Source: Thalia democratica (taxonomy: Eukaryota). Taken from it: a stretch of DNA of 64,000 bases. A model generated the notes under the pieces. That model was not told the origin of the DNA. It was given only the letters and a program-made list of their open reading frames with translations, and ran no database searches. The stretch lies in contig OZ241827.1 in NCBI GenBank assembly GCA_965202585.1, positions 14,880,001 to 14,944,000 on the forward strand. Reading direction: 5' to 3'. Position 1 is the stretch's first letter. Each line of letters begins with the position of its first letter. Of this stretch, positions 11,600 to 23,925 are shown piece after piece. The translations under genes and the position numbers were made by a program.

Positions 11600-12030
11600 T
11601 TAGGCTAGTAACCAACTTGAAACTAACAAACGTTCAATCAAAACAAAAACATTTCAAAACAATTTGTTCAGCAACTAATTACTGAATTCTTTAAACTTGT
11701 TTACAAATTTCAAAACTTCTTCACTTTTGACTTCATCACTTGCGGCTTTGCACAAAACTTCAATTTTTTTGTAAACCTCACTAATTTAGCTATTCCAATT
11801 TGAAACATCCTTTTTCAGCGTTTCACCACTTATTTCCGACATCTCATTTTTCATAAACTCTTCAGTTTTTGCTATCTGTTCGCCATACTCCTTAGCAAAA
11901 CTTTTAACTAAACTGCATTCCAACTCAATTTCTTTCAAATATCTGATACTTTCTCTAGCATCTGAGATATCCAATTACCTTCAATTTGCTTTAGCAACAG
12001 TAGCTTTATGTGAGTAAACAAATAGAGTAA
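11600..12030 (-). pseudogene. Remnant D1: C-terminal fragment of a D-like family member
   Basis: The translation DISDARESIRYLKEIELECSLVKSFAKEYGEQI...LKKDVSNWNS aligns to D (DISDDTERMKKLKEIESDY...LKKDVSNWNDQ). It has stops and frameshifts, and its 3' flank is shared with 22270-22540. Confidence 0.85.
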
Positions 12031-13326
12031 TATATTTATGAATATCTTTCTATAACTTTAGTTCAGTTTATTTGCTAAATTGCTTAATAAATAGTTAATA
12101 GATATTGTGCATAATATTTAAAACAATTTTATTTGCTAATGTTTTAGTTCTGACCAAGTTATCAACTACAAGGTGAATATTTAGCATTGTCACGGTTGAA
12201 TAATTTTTGACTTATGAGCCAAAAATTTACTCAGGCACTTACAATCAGTGTACTTCTAGTGTTAAAAAAGTTTTGCATTTTGGAATGATGTAGTCTAACC
12301 ATGTATAACTGTTTTGAAACCAACATTATATGATCTTTCTAAAAGTTAAACAACTACATTAAATATGATGTTACTTGTAGTTAATTGAATAATTAACTAG
12401 TTGTTTTATTTTCAATTGCCAGAAAAAAAAGTTTTAATTTAAGTTTAATTTTTTAGTATTAGAACTAAAAATTTCAGCTTGTTTTTTATTGCATCAGTTG
12501 TTAAAATTTATTTTCTTCTTATTTACTTGAAAGAAAATATCAGGATAGGGCTAACTCAAGTTAGTTTAGAACATTTTAGACTAAAGCTTGTTTTAATGAG
12601 TTAGATTTTTATCTCTCTAGTTTTGAAATCGTATATAACTATTTTGATGTTGTTTAGACATTTAAGCTTTATTAACTATTTTATATTTTTATTTTTTAAA
12701 CTTAACTAGGTATTAAATGTTATTAAAAAGCAAATTAATAGGTTTGCAAATACTAAGATTATAAGGAAAAAATTTAAATTCTTAGATACTTAGGCATTTC
12801 GACTAGTTTTAGGTTTTTTAAATAACCTTGATATTTCATTTCTTAAAGTTTTTACTAAATTTAGGCTATTTCATATATTTAACTCATTTGTAAATTTTAG
12901 TTTTGACTAAAATTTGTTTTTTTTTTATATCAGGCTAGCTATTGATCTTTGTTGAAATAACTTAGTTGTCTTTACAGATATTTTTAAATAGGTTAAAGTA
13001 ACTAAAAAAAGATTTTTTTCTAATTGTTGTTTAGCTTAATGGCTTTAAAACCTTTACAAATTTCGAATTTGGAAAAAAAGTTTTTGAAATGTCTATTTTT
13101 GTTCAGGCTTCTTATAGAAGCTCATGCTAGTTATTATGTTTTAAACTTGGGCTTTAAATCTATGGTTTAAATTTATTTTTTAAACTTGAGCTGAATTGTT
13201 TTATTTAAATTACTAGCCAACTTGTTTTACCTAAATTATTTTTTCTTTATACATTTAGTTCTTACGTTTATGGTTATTAAAGTTTAAATAGTTTGATTAG
13301 TTTTTTTTTATTTCTAGTGTCATTTT

Positions 13327-13660
13327 TAAGGTTGTCACAGTTTTAGGCTATTAAATTAAACTCAAGTTTATCTAAAGTATTTAAAAAAACTCAGATCAGT
13401 TCAGGCAAGCTTAAACTTTAAAAAAAAACAAGCTAAACTTTAATTAAACTTAAATTAAAGCCTGATTTGGATACTTTCACTGAATTCATGGTTGCTAGAA
13501 AATCTCCTAGGAAAACCTAGAAATTAAAAATTTACAAAAAAAAACCTTGAAAACTTACATTTTAAGAAACTTTGACAAAATCTAGTAAAACCTAGGAGTT
13601 AAAAAAAAAACTAAACTCCTTAAAAAAATCTGGGATTTTAAATTAAAAATTCTGAAATTA
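13327..13660. mobile_element. Degenerate left end of a CAGGGTTGCCAC-type element
   Basis: aaggttgtcac at 13328-13338 is followed by aaacctaggaaat/aatctgggattt-type subterminal repeats like those at 44183-44330. No matching right end was found. Confidence 0.35.
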
Positions 13661-13682
13661 GGATTAGGTATGAAAAACTTAT

Positions 13683-14143
13683 TACAAACAGTAGTATTTA
13701 CTTTTTACTTGGAGTTTTGAATATTATAAATAACAATTTAAAGTAGCTTCACAGTATTTTTCTAAAATTTTGTAATATTTAGACAAGTTTTTTACTTATA
13801 TTGGAATTAAACAAAATGAATTGTACTCTTAAAAGATATCTTAAAAGATATCTTAATAGTTATCTCGTATATTAATTTATTTTTTTTATAAATGTTTTTT
13901 TATATTTAAACATTTATTAGAAAAATAAATTAATAAACGAGATAACTGTTTTCCAAGTTTTATAAATATCTTCCAGGCTTTTAAGATTACAATTCATTTT
14001 GTTTAATTCTAATATTAAACCAAATATAAGTAAAAAAAAATTTTTAATAGCACAAAGTTTTAGAAAAATACTGTGAAGCTACTTTTAATTGTTATTTATA
14101 ATATTCAAAACTTCAAGTAAAAAGTAAAATACTACTTTTTGTA
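13683..14143. mobile_element. Foldback/palindromic element (~460 bp)
   Basis: The left arm tacaaacagtagtatttactttttacttggagttttgaatattataaataacaatttaaagtagcttcacagtatttttctaaaa is the near-perfect reverse complement of 14060-14143. Inner arms (aattaaacaaaatgaattgta; gttatctcgt..ttaatttatttt) also pair. Confidence 0.85.
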
Positions 14144-14559
14144 GTTATAATAGAATTTATAGATTAAAAATTAGTTTTAACTGTATTTTTTATCATTTTA
14201 AACTTGTTTTGGATGTATAATCAGGTTTCGTTATAAACAGAGACTAATAATGCTATAAGTCAACTACAAATTATAAACATGGAAGTACAGGGTTTTTTTG
14301 CATCATAACAATATCATAAACAAGTTTAAACTTTACTTTAAAATCTTAAACCATTTATAATTTGTTTATAGTGTTTTTATTAGTATTTACTTTATAGTTG
14401 TAGTCAAAGCTAATCATTTTGAACTGTATGTACATTTTTATATTATTACTTCTTTCTATTTTTTTTAAACAAAAAATAAAATAAAAACTAAAAGCATATC
14501 ATATGCGGGAACAACAAAGGTACTTATGTGATTACAAAAAAAAATTTTAATCACTTTTG

Positions 14560-15200
14560 TTGTTCATAGAAACTCCCAGGGCATTTTGAAGAATTTGATA
14601 GATTGTTCTGATGCGGTTTTACCCCAAATGTAACATCCATTTAATATCTGGAAATTATTTCTGCTGTGAAAATAAAAACTTCAACTTCTTGCTTTTGAGT
14701 TAAGCACTGGCATTTGGTGAGCCTAGTAATTAAACCAACAGATTTAAAAAAAAGAAAGTTAACAATTTCGCAGACGTTATGTTAGTTATAGGAGATCAGT
14801 AACACTACTAGATGCAGCTAATAAACACCAAAAAATAATAGGAGAAAATGACTGATCATAAATTTTTAGTGCCCTTTCAATGTTTTAATATTAAATTACA
14901 GTAAACGACATAGACGAATTTATTACCATAGACGATGACAATAATTGTGTAATCCAAAGTAAAATTCTAGCAGAAGCAAACTGTTTTTTGTTTTCAACGA
15001 AAGCGGGCGTTGCAGGAAAAGAAATATTTTGTCAGATGAAGTAATAGATGTTGATATTATCAATACAAGTTTAAATATAAGTGTTGTTAATGATGACTTA
15101 CTAATTCTATGGTTTTGGAAGGAAAAAGTTCATTCAGCAGAAAAGAAAGCTGTTGTTAGTAAGATTCATAAAAATTTAAATCTGGCTTTTAATAACGTTT
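14560..15200 (+). pseudogene. Possible decayed pogo/Tigger-like transposase fragment
   Basis: Short in-frame pieces QGILKNL (cf. DQGII..K of DDE_1 transposases), TLLDAAN and VNDIDEFITIDDDNNCVIQS occur in the expected order. The region is heavily interrupted and the recognition is weak. Confidence 0.25.
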
Positions 15201-16176
15201 AAAATGTTTTAATAACAAATTATCAACAAGAAAACTTGTCTGCCGACTTAGAAAGTAGGTTACTATTACAGAATAATTTATACAGTGCTTACTTCAACGT
15301 AAACTCCACCGTTTGTTATACTCGTTTAATATTTTTCAATTGCCCTCTAGACAATTCTTACCTCCATATTTCAGTTATAAATGATGCTAATGTAAATTAC
15401 ACTGCTCGTTTTTTAGTGTGTAAGTCTTATCAAGAGGTATTTCATTTTTTGTATTTAATCATGAGATTTCTAGATGTAAACTACACTTTTCTTTGTTGTC
15501 GTTTAATTTTATCTTGGGTCTTTTAACACTTTATTAGTATTTTAGAACATTTTTTTATTTTTATTTTAATTTTCTTTCATAGAAAAACCCTAAGTAAAAA
15601 CACTAATTTTTTTCATCAATACTAGGCAACAGAGCTGTTTTTAGTTATAGTTAAAAAATACAAACTTGCACTTTAAACACAACGTTTCAACGGAAAGTGC
15701 AGACTAGAGAAGAAGAGTGTACATTAAAAAAAATTATAGATAATATAGTTTTTCGTAAAAAATAGTTTTATATTTACTTACTTGGAATATAATTAAACTT
15801 TTATTACTTTTTTACTGCATTAAAAAAAAACTTTTAAACTTACATAAAAGAATTTTTAATTCTTTGATGCTACGAATTTTCTATTGTTTTATTGAAAAAT
15901 CAGCGTAAGAAAGATATTAACTCTGGCTGCTTATAACAAAACTAGACTAGTATTTATATTTTGATTTTAGTTTATCTATCTACACGCACAATATTTATTT
16001 ATAAGTATATTGTATTTCTGTTTTGATTGTTACTGCTGATAAAAACTATAATCAATTTGTTTGTGTGCATAACTTAATTAATAGCTAAACATTGTTCAAC
16101 TATTATTCATCTATAAAAGTAAACTTTAACGTTTCATCAACAAAAAACCAACAATCTAGATTTAAGACTATAAACT

Positions 16177-16402
16177 ATGAGTACAAGTACAGAATACAAA
16201 CAAGTTAAATCAGAACTTAGTTCATTGAAGATCTCTAAAAAAAAGAATATTCAACCTGAGAGTTTAGATCAAGAGTTACCCAACAGTGGTTCATCTTGCA
16301 CAAGTTCTAAAGGTCATGGTTTTTTGAAACAATGTAAACAAGTTATTTTGCAACAAACTGATGATACATATCTGCAAAGACTTAAAAAAATTGGTCAACA
16401 AG
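16177..16402 (+). CDS. Predicted coding exon 1 of the BACK-kelch gene
   Basis: ATG at 16177, and a phase-1 donor CAA CAA G|gtaaga at 16402/16403 that matches the phase-1 acceptor at 17388/17389. The joined CDS is 1575 nt (524 aa plus stop). Confidence 0.65.
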
Positions 16403-17388
16403 GTAAGATAAATTATCAATTATTTCACACACTTTGCTCACTGGCAATTTTATTTTACAAAAATTACAGTGCGTGAGAAAATATTGCATTATCTTAATTA
16501 ATAATATCAAGAAAAAAAAAGTGTTTCGTAAGTATCAAAATCAAAGTATATTTAGAATTTAGCATGTTACTCTGTAATCTAGATTAATTTGCTTATTAAT
16601 TAAGTTATTTTTTTTAAGTACTTAAACTTTTTTATTAAATTTTCTTTAGTCCTTAATTTCTTCTAAGAAGGAACAAAGTGTCAAATAAAATATATACCAA
16701 ACAATATTTTTAAAAGCTTTCGTTTATTTAACATGTATTTACGGCTGTAAAAAAAGCATATTTAAAGAAAATTAAATTACAAGTAAAAAAGTAAGAATAC
16801 TTAAAGAAACATAAATAAGTTACACTATTGTGTTAGTATTATAATTTTAGATAAAATTTATAAAAACTTTAAAACTTAAGTCAAAGTTTTTTATACACAT
16901 GAAAATAAACGAATAGCAAAACAGCATCGTATAATGATTTTAACTACATTTTTTTACTTTGAATGGTAACAAACTCTTGCTATACACCATATTTGTATGG
17001 GGCCGTAATTTAAACATTGTAAAAAACTTTGTTAGAAATGATCCTTTGTTTTTGTTTGTCATTAAATGTTCTTTAGTCATAGATATAGATTAAAACTAGA
17101 TAAAAATTAGATTTAGTTTTATTTTGAACTAATTTTAAATTAATATATAGTTTAGCAAACTAAATTGATTATTACATTTTAATTATAATACGATCGTTAG
17201 CATCTATTCTGATACGTATTATAAAATGAAAAAATAAACTAAGAAAGACTTTACTACATTTATGCATAAACATTGTAAGTTATAAAATAAATTCTAAAAA
17301 TTTGACTTTTATTTTTAGAATAAACTTTTTAATCACTATCAAAAAACTTTAACAAATATATGTAGGACTTATACATTGTAATGTACAG

Positions 17389-18737
17389 GTAGCCTAGACT
17401 CAAAAGAGACTAATTTGTTATCACTATTGAAGAAGTACAAAATCTCTCTGAATGATGACGTAAGGAATGTTACATACGATTGGATGAAAGATAAAATAAA
17501 TGTTAACAACGTCGCAGCTCTGTACTACTCATCACAAATTTTTAGCTTGTCTGAACCATCGTTGCGTTTTATTGAGCGTTGTTTCCCAATGCTTGTTGAT
17601 TCACGCAAATTTTTAGAGTTGGACGTTGTGTCAGTTGCGAAACTGCTTTCAAGCAGCGAGTTGAACGTCGATACAGAGTTGCAGGTGTTCAATGCGGCCA
17701 ACGGTTGGTTGAATCACTATAAGGAACGTAGCAAACACGCGAGCTATATTTACTCTAAGGTTCGTGCTTCGTTGTTATCAAATGCTGCTTTGAAATATAT
17801 TTCAAGCAAATATAATATTCACCTGCATGCTGATTCTTCCTCTATGAAATCTAGTACTAGGTACTGCGAACAACATAACTTCAACATAATTGTTTGTGGG
17901 GGTCGGGACATTGATGCACTCGACGCAATCAGCGATGTGTACAGTGTTCAAGCCAGCGATCAATACAGCGTGAGTGTTTTACCACAAACTAAAGCAGGCA
18001 GCCGAGAATATTACGGTGCGGCTTGCGTAAAAGGCAAAGTTTACGCGTTTGACGGTCAAGATGACAACGGCCGCAGCGCAAAATGCGTTGAAACGTATTC
18101 GCCTGCCACTAACGCTTGGGAAGTTGTTGCTGACATGGACGTTTTACACTTTCATGACTATTGCGTGTGTTCGTTCATGGACAAAATTTACCTGATGGGA
18201 GAAACTATGAGGCAAGATCGCAGCACTTGCATTGAGTTCGATACGAAAAGTCTAACGTGGAAGGAGGTTGCTGGAACGAATCAAGAAAGATTGCATGCGG
18301 CTTGTGCTGTGTTTGAAGGAAGAATTGCTTTGTCCGGAGGAGCTTACGGAGCGGAAAAGTTTAACACCGTTGAGGTTTACGATCCTTTTGACGACTCGTG
18401 GACCTACATGCCCAACATGGTCAAAAAAAGAAGTTATCACAAATCAGTTGCTGTTAAGAACAAGTTGTTTGTTTTAGGTGGTCCCAAAGAACCAACCTGT
18501 GAGGTGTTTGATTCTTATTCTGGCAATTTTGTTTTTGTTGCAACGCCTAAATCTTATAACTACTTATTACGTCGTCCTAGTAGTGTGGTATCAATAGGAA
18601 ACAAGCTTGTTTGGTTTGATGATTTGTTAAAAATTATTGTGTTTTATGATGTGGGAAACAATAAATGGTCGCAGCAATTACTTGAGGTTACAAAACATAT
18701 TTATTTTTATCGTTATGTTAAAGTTCCGCAGTCATAA
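17389..18737 (+). CDS. Kelch-like protein, exon 2 (BACK domain plus kelch repeats; no BTB domain recognisable)
   Basis: BACK-like segment (FLELDVVSVAKLLSSSELNVDTELQVFNAANGWL) and kelch GG/Y/W motifs (VYAFDG..VETYSPATNAW, IALSGG..VEVYDPFDDSW, LFVLGG). The acceptor tgtacag|gt at 17382-17390 gives an open frame GSLDSKETNLL into the ORF. The supplied start at 17415 is a TTG. Confidence 0.9.
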
Positions 18738-19099
18738 CAAACTTTAGATTTAAACAGTAAAAATCTAAATAAAATAAAACTTATCGTGTAATTTTGGTTT
18801 AAACTTTTATTTAGATGCTTGATGCGTTTATACGAGAAAAAAAATTTAAAGTATTTTTAAAACGTATATTTGGTATTTTAGCTTCTTAGTGTCAATAAAT
18901 GTTAGATAATAAACATTTTTGTGTCTTATGTTTAATCGAAGATTAGTTTTTAACATGAATTATTTCTATTTATATAGTAAAATAAATTTATTATAGTTTA
19001 AAATGAATTTAACACTCTTTTTTTTAACTTATCAAATAAATGCTAATTCATTTCTTCAAAACAGCAAATACAACATGTATGCTTAAATTGATTGAGCAG

Positions 19100-21170
19100 C
19101 TATCCAATAAATTGTCATCCCTACCCAAGTAGTAGTTATTCAAGCAGTTATCTAAATAGTTATTACCAAGAACTTGTTTTTGGAGTAGTTATCCAAATAG
19201 TTATAAAACTAGATATCTAAGTAATTATTAACCAAGCACTTTTTATCAAATTAGTTGTTATCAAATTTGTTTTTCAAGTAGTTATCGGAGTTGTTATCGA
19301 AGTAGTTAACATTTATTATTAGAGTAGTTGAAACCCATGTTGTTATCAAAGTACTTATCAAAAAAGTATTTAACCAATTAGTTGTCCACTTAATTATCAA
19401 ACTAGAAATAAAAACATTAAATTTTTAACTCGTTATCAAAGTCGTTGCTACCAATGTTGTTTTTTAAGTTTTTATTCCAAGTAGTTGTTATTCAAGTAGT
19501 TTTTATTTAAGTAGTTGATACCAATGTAGACGTATCCAAGAAACTATTATCCAAAAAGGTTATCAATCAGTCATCCAAGTTATAGTCTAAGTTGATATCC
19601 TGGTATATTCATGCAAATTGTTATCCAATTAGTTGTCCAAGCAGTTATTAACAAAATAGTTATCCACGCAGTAGTCATCTAAGTTGTAATTCAAGTAAAT
19701 ATCCAAGTAGTTGTTATCCGAATAGCTGTCAAAGTTAACATTCAAATATGTATACAACTAATTGTTATCCAAATAACTACCCAAGTAGTTCTTTTTATCT
19801 AGTTAGTCGTTATAATAGTGATTAAATAAATGACTATAAAAGTAGTTAATGATGTTGTTAGCCAAAAACCAATTCTCTAAGTATCTTTTATCCAAGCTGT
19901 TGTTATCAAAGTAGTTATACAAGAAGATACCTAACTATTTATTCGAATAGTTGATTAGACTGTCGTTCTTAAGTAGTTGTAATGAAAGTACTTGTTGTTC
20001 TAGCATCTTTTCAAACAGTTTTATAACAAATAGCGGTTTTCCCAGTAGCTATACAAGTAGTTTGCAGTTGTTAACCTATTTGCTGTTATCCAAGTATTTA
20101 TCCGTTAGAAGTTGATGTCAAAGTAATCATTAGCCAAGTTGTTATTATAATAGTTATCGTAGTACCTATCTAAGTAGTTGTTACTTTAGAAGTTATTTGA
20201 GTAGTTATCCAATAAAGTTTTTTTATTAGTTATCGCGGATGTTGTCCTAGTTGTTTTTCAAAAATTTGTCCAAGTAGTTGTTATCTAAGTAGTAGATATT
20301 TAAGTTGTTATTCAAGTAGTTCTTATCCAAATAGTAGTTCTCTAAGTTGTTACCAAAATAGCATTTATTCAAAAAACTATTTTAGTAGTCGTTAACTAAG
20401 TTATTTTTATCCAAGTAGCAGTGTATCGAAATTATTATCAATATTATTAACAAAGTAGTTCTTGATCAACTACATATTATATAAAATGTTACCTTATTAG
20501 TTATCAAACAATTAATCAAGCATTTGTGTGCAGTTATCCAACCAGTGGCTGTGCAAGCACCTGTTTTCTAAGTGGTTACCAAAGTAATTGTTATCCAAAC
20601 AGGTATCCAAGTAGTAGTTTTTAAACTAGTTATCTATCTAGTTTTAAAATTTGTTACCCAAGTAGTTTCATGTACCTTACTAAATAATTATCCCGAGAGT
20701 CAATTAATTAGTTGTCCACGAAGTTCTTCATGTAGTTATCCAAGTAGCTATCCAAACGAGTGTCCAAATAGTTGTTATCCAGAAAGTTGTTATCCCAGCA
20801 TTTCTTATCCGAGCAGTTACTCAAGTAGTTAAGTAGGTAGTTTTCGAATTAGTTGGCCAAGTAGTATTCCAAGTAAATATCAAAATAAATAAGTAGTTTT
20901 CCGAGTAGCTGTCATCCAATTAGTTATCCAAATAATTGTCCAAGCAGTTATCCAAGTAGTTGGTATACAATTTGTTTTTATCCTAGTTTTATCCAAGTAG
21001 ATATCCGAGTAGTTATCAAAGTAGTCATCCCAATTGTCATCCTAGTAATTATCTAAGTAGTATCCAAGCATTTTTTATCTATAAATATTATCCAAATTGG
21101 TAAATATTAAATTAGTAGTTGTCTAATTAGTAGTTGTCTAAGCAGTTATTTAAGTAGTTCATACAAAAAA
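19100..21170. repeat. Degenerate minisatellite, ~12-bp unit (CCAAGTAGTTAT)n
   Basis: Recurrent caagtagttatc / agttgttatcc motifs over ~2 kb with many substitutions and indels. Confidence 0.85.
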
Positions 21171-22499
21171 AGTTGTCACACAAGAAAATGTAGATTTAAT
21201 AAAGGTAAAAATAAAGATTTTATGTAAAATGAAATTTAAAATATTAGCAGTTTTTTAAACAAACTTGTCAAAATTTCTACAATGCCACTGTGCAATATAT
21301 TTAGAAAAATTTTGAATAACTTATTTGCTTTTTTATTTAACGCAATGTCATATTTTTAGACATTATTCAAAAAAATCATGTCATTTTATTAAGTGTTAAA
21401 CATTTTATTTGTCAAAAATTTTGATAAGTGTAGTTTCGTAGATTGTGGTGTTTTACAGTACATTTGAGAGGAAAATAATAGTGCATGTTACGCATCGAGT
21501 ATAAAATTAGAAGTATGTAGAAAATGCTACTACATATTGTAGTATTAAGGAACCAAAATAGATTCATAGATTTTATCTAGTAACTTTTAAGCCTTCGATT
21601 TATCATTCTTAATATTCTAATAAAACAAAAGCAAAATATAAAACTCAATGATTGGAACAGTTATACTGTTATCAAACGGTTTCTTTATTGACCTATTTGC
21701 TTAAACAATTTGAGTTGTTGTATTTTAGAATTTTTTTCATGTGTAGGTTAAGGTTAAGTATAGTTTCCTTTTTTACTTATCTCAAAAAAGTAAAAAATTA
21801 TAACAGACTTTTTAATACATTGAAACAACTTTAACTAAAAGTGTATAAAAGCATATACTCAAAATTTTTAATTTTTCACAAAATGAATTCATAAAAATTT
21901 TACAATATTTATCTACTTATTTGTTTTGTTTAATTTTTAGCAATTTATCTTAATTTAAAAGTCAAACTTCATACTTTATTATTTCATACAATTGTTTAGT
22001 AGTGGAGTATTTTCGTTTATTTAATGTTTCAAATGTGAAGTATTTACAGAACTTCTCTAAAATTAGTGCTGTTTTACATAAAAAAAGATATGAGATATGA
22101 AAGGCATTGACTAAGGGTTTAGGTCTTGCAACATTCAAATAAAACATTCTAAAATCTTCATACATATTAGCAAAAAATAAAAAAATAGTTTTATTCTTAT
22201 AACATAAATTAGTTTACTTATCGTTTTAGTTTAAAACATTTAAATTATTAGTGAATATTACCATTTAACTAGAGTTAGTTTAATTTATATATAAACAAAA
22301 CTGTTATGGCACTTTAAACATAAGCAAACAAAAATAAATAACTCTTGAAGATTCAGTTAAAATAACTCAGTGCATAAGTTTTCTTGTTTTATTGATATGC
22401 ATACTAACAATTTTATACCAAATAAATGCACATAAAAATTAGCCAAGTAATGCAACAAGTAACGTAACAATCAGAAAAAAAAAAAAGTTTGAGTTAAAC

Positions 22500-23340
22500 A
22501 ACAAATCAAAAAAAAAACATCTCATAACTTTTTGTTCAGCAGCTTATCACTATATTCTTTAAACTTGTTTACAAATTTTAAAATCTCTTCACTTTACACT
22601 CTATCACTTGCGGCTTTGCACAAAACTTCAACTTTCTTGTAAACCTCATTAACTTGATCATTCCAATTTGAAACACCCTTGTTCAGCGTTCCACCACTTA
22701 TTTCCAACATTTCATTTTTCATAAACTCTTTAGTTTTCACTATCTGTTCGCAATGCTCCTTAGCAAAAGTTTTAACTAAACCGCATTTCACCTCAATTTC
22801 TTTTAAATTTCTGTTTCTTTCTCTGGCATCTGAGATATCCAGTTTACTTCCAATTTGCTTTAGCAACAGTAGCCTTATATGAGTAAACAAGCCATATAAG
22901 TTCTTTAAAAAGTGCATTGTCCACTGTTTTTCAATGTTTACAGTATCTTTATCACTTTGGTTTGGTTGTTGTAGTTCATTTTTCTGACAACCGTCGAGTA
23001 TTTCCTCAATTGTGCCGAAAGGTCTTGGGAGAGCTTAAAATAATAATTTCACAACATGTAGTTCATCTTTACAATTGTTTATTTTGGCACGAAAGCTTAA
23101 AGCATCAATTTGCTGGTTTTTGACATCTAAATCTACAGTTTTTTCAATATGCAAATCACTGTTACAATCAGATATTTCTGCACTTTTGTCGTCTTTTGAT
23201 TCACTAACTTCAGAGCAACTTGGAGCTTTTTTATTAGGAGAACTTTTTTTGTTTTCTTAGTTATTCTTGTTATACTTACTGCGGTTTCGGCTACGGTAGA
23301 ACTAGTCCTTTTTTCTATTTTACTAGAAGCTACAGTCAAG
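22500..23340 (-). pseudogene. Remnant D2: D-like family member lacking the N-terminal anchor
   Basis: The segments KLDISDARERNRNLKEIEVKCGLVKTFAKEHCEQI...VSNWNDQVNEVYKKVEVLCKAASD and ttgactgtagcttc...gaagttagtgaa align to D (41010-41950). It has several frameshifts and stops. Confidence 0.85.
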
Positions 23341-23404
23341 TTGCTCTCCTCCTTCCAAATACCTAATATATGAGTACATTTTAACAAAAACTTAGGTTTT
23401 TTAG

Positions 23405-23925
23405 AATAAAACTTTTTATTCTAAACATCCAACGCCAACACAGACTCCTCCTACGCCAACAAAAACGGCACACTGGAATCAGCATTGTCTTGAACGATCG
23501 GTGAAGCAGTCGATTGATCGAGACACAACAGTTTTATTTTCTGAGTGTAGTAGTGAGGTTCAACACCGATCACTACAGACTTGACTCTGCTCACCAAATA
23601 AGCCATGAGACAATTGAGGCGAAGACGTGTCAGTGTAAAACGTCCGTGTGTCGTCATATTTGACACCGTTGGTAAATACTCTACCCTGACTTTTACCGCA
23701 ATAAGATACGTCCAGCCCAATGTGGTAATGGTACATTTGACCGCGGTGCTGTGGACAGCCTGAATACAGCATCTATATGACAACGTCTTTGTCTTCTTGG
23801 CTTGTTAATGGAGCAAGTATGTGTCCCTTGTTTTGGCAGAACTTTTTAGCTTCACATCGTGACATTACCTCGTTGTAAGCAGTAAATGTGCCAGATGAAG
23901 TTGTCACTTTGTTGCTACAAGGCAT
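23405..23925 (-). pseudogene. C-type lectin-like domain pseudogene
   Basis: ATG at 23925 gives MPCSNKVTTSSGTFTAYNEVMSRCEAKKFCQNKGHILAPLTSQEDKDVVI*, with the CTLD-like A..FC...G..LA...S.E signature. An in-frame TAG lies at 23775-23773, then YHIGLD (WIGL-like). After a frameshift come NCLMAYL...KLLCL and a possible hydrophobic tail AVFVGVGGVCVGVGCL in a further frame. Confidence 0.65.

Noticed and set aside
20572-20832. 86-aa ORF with SSYP repeats
   Set aside because: It starts at GTG inside a degenerate 12-bp satellite, and an open frame is expected by chance from the repeat unit.
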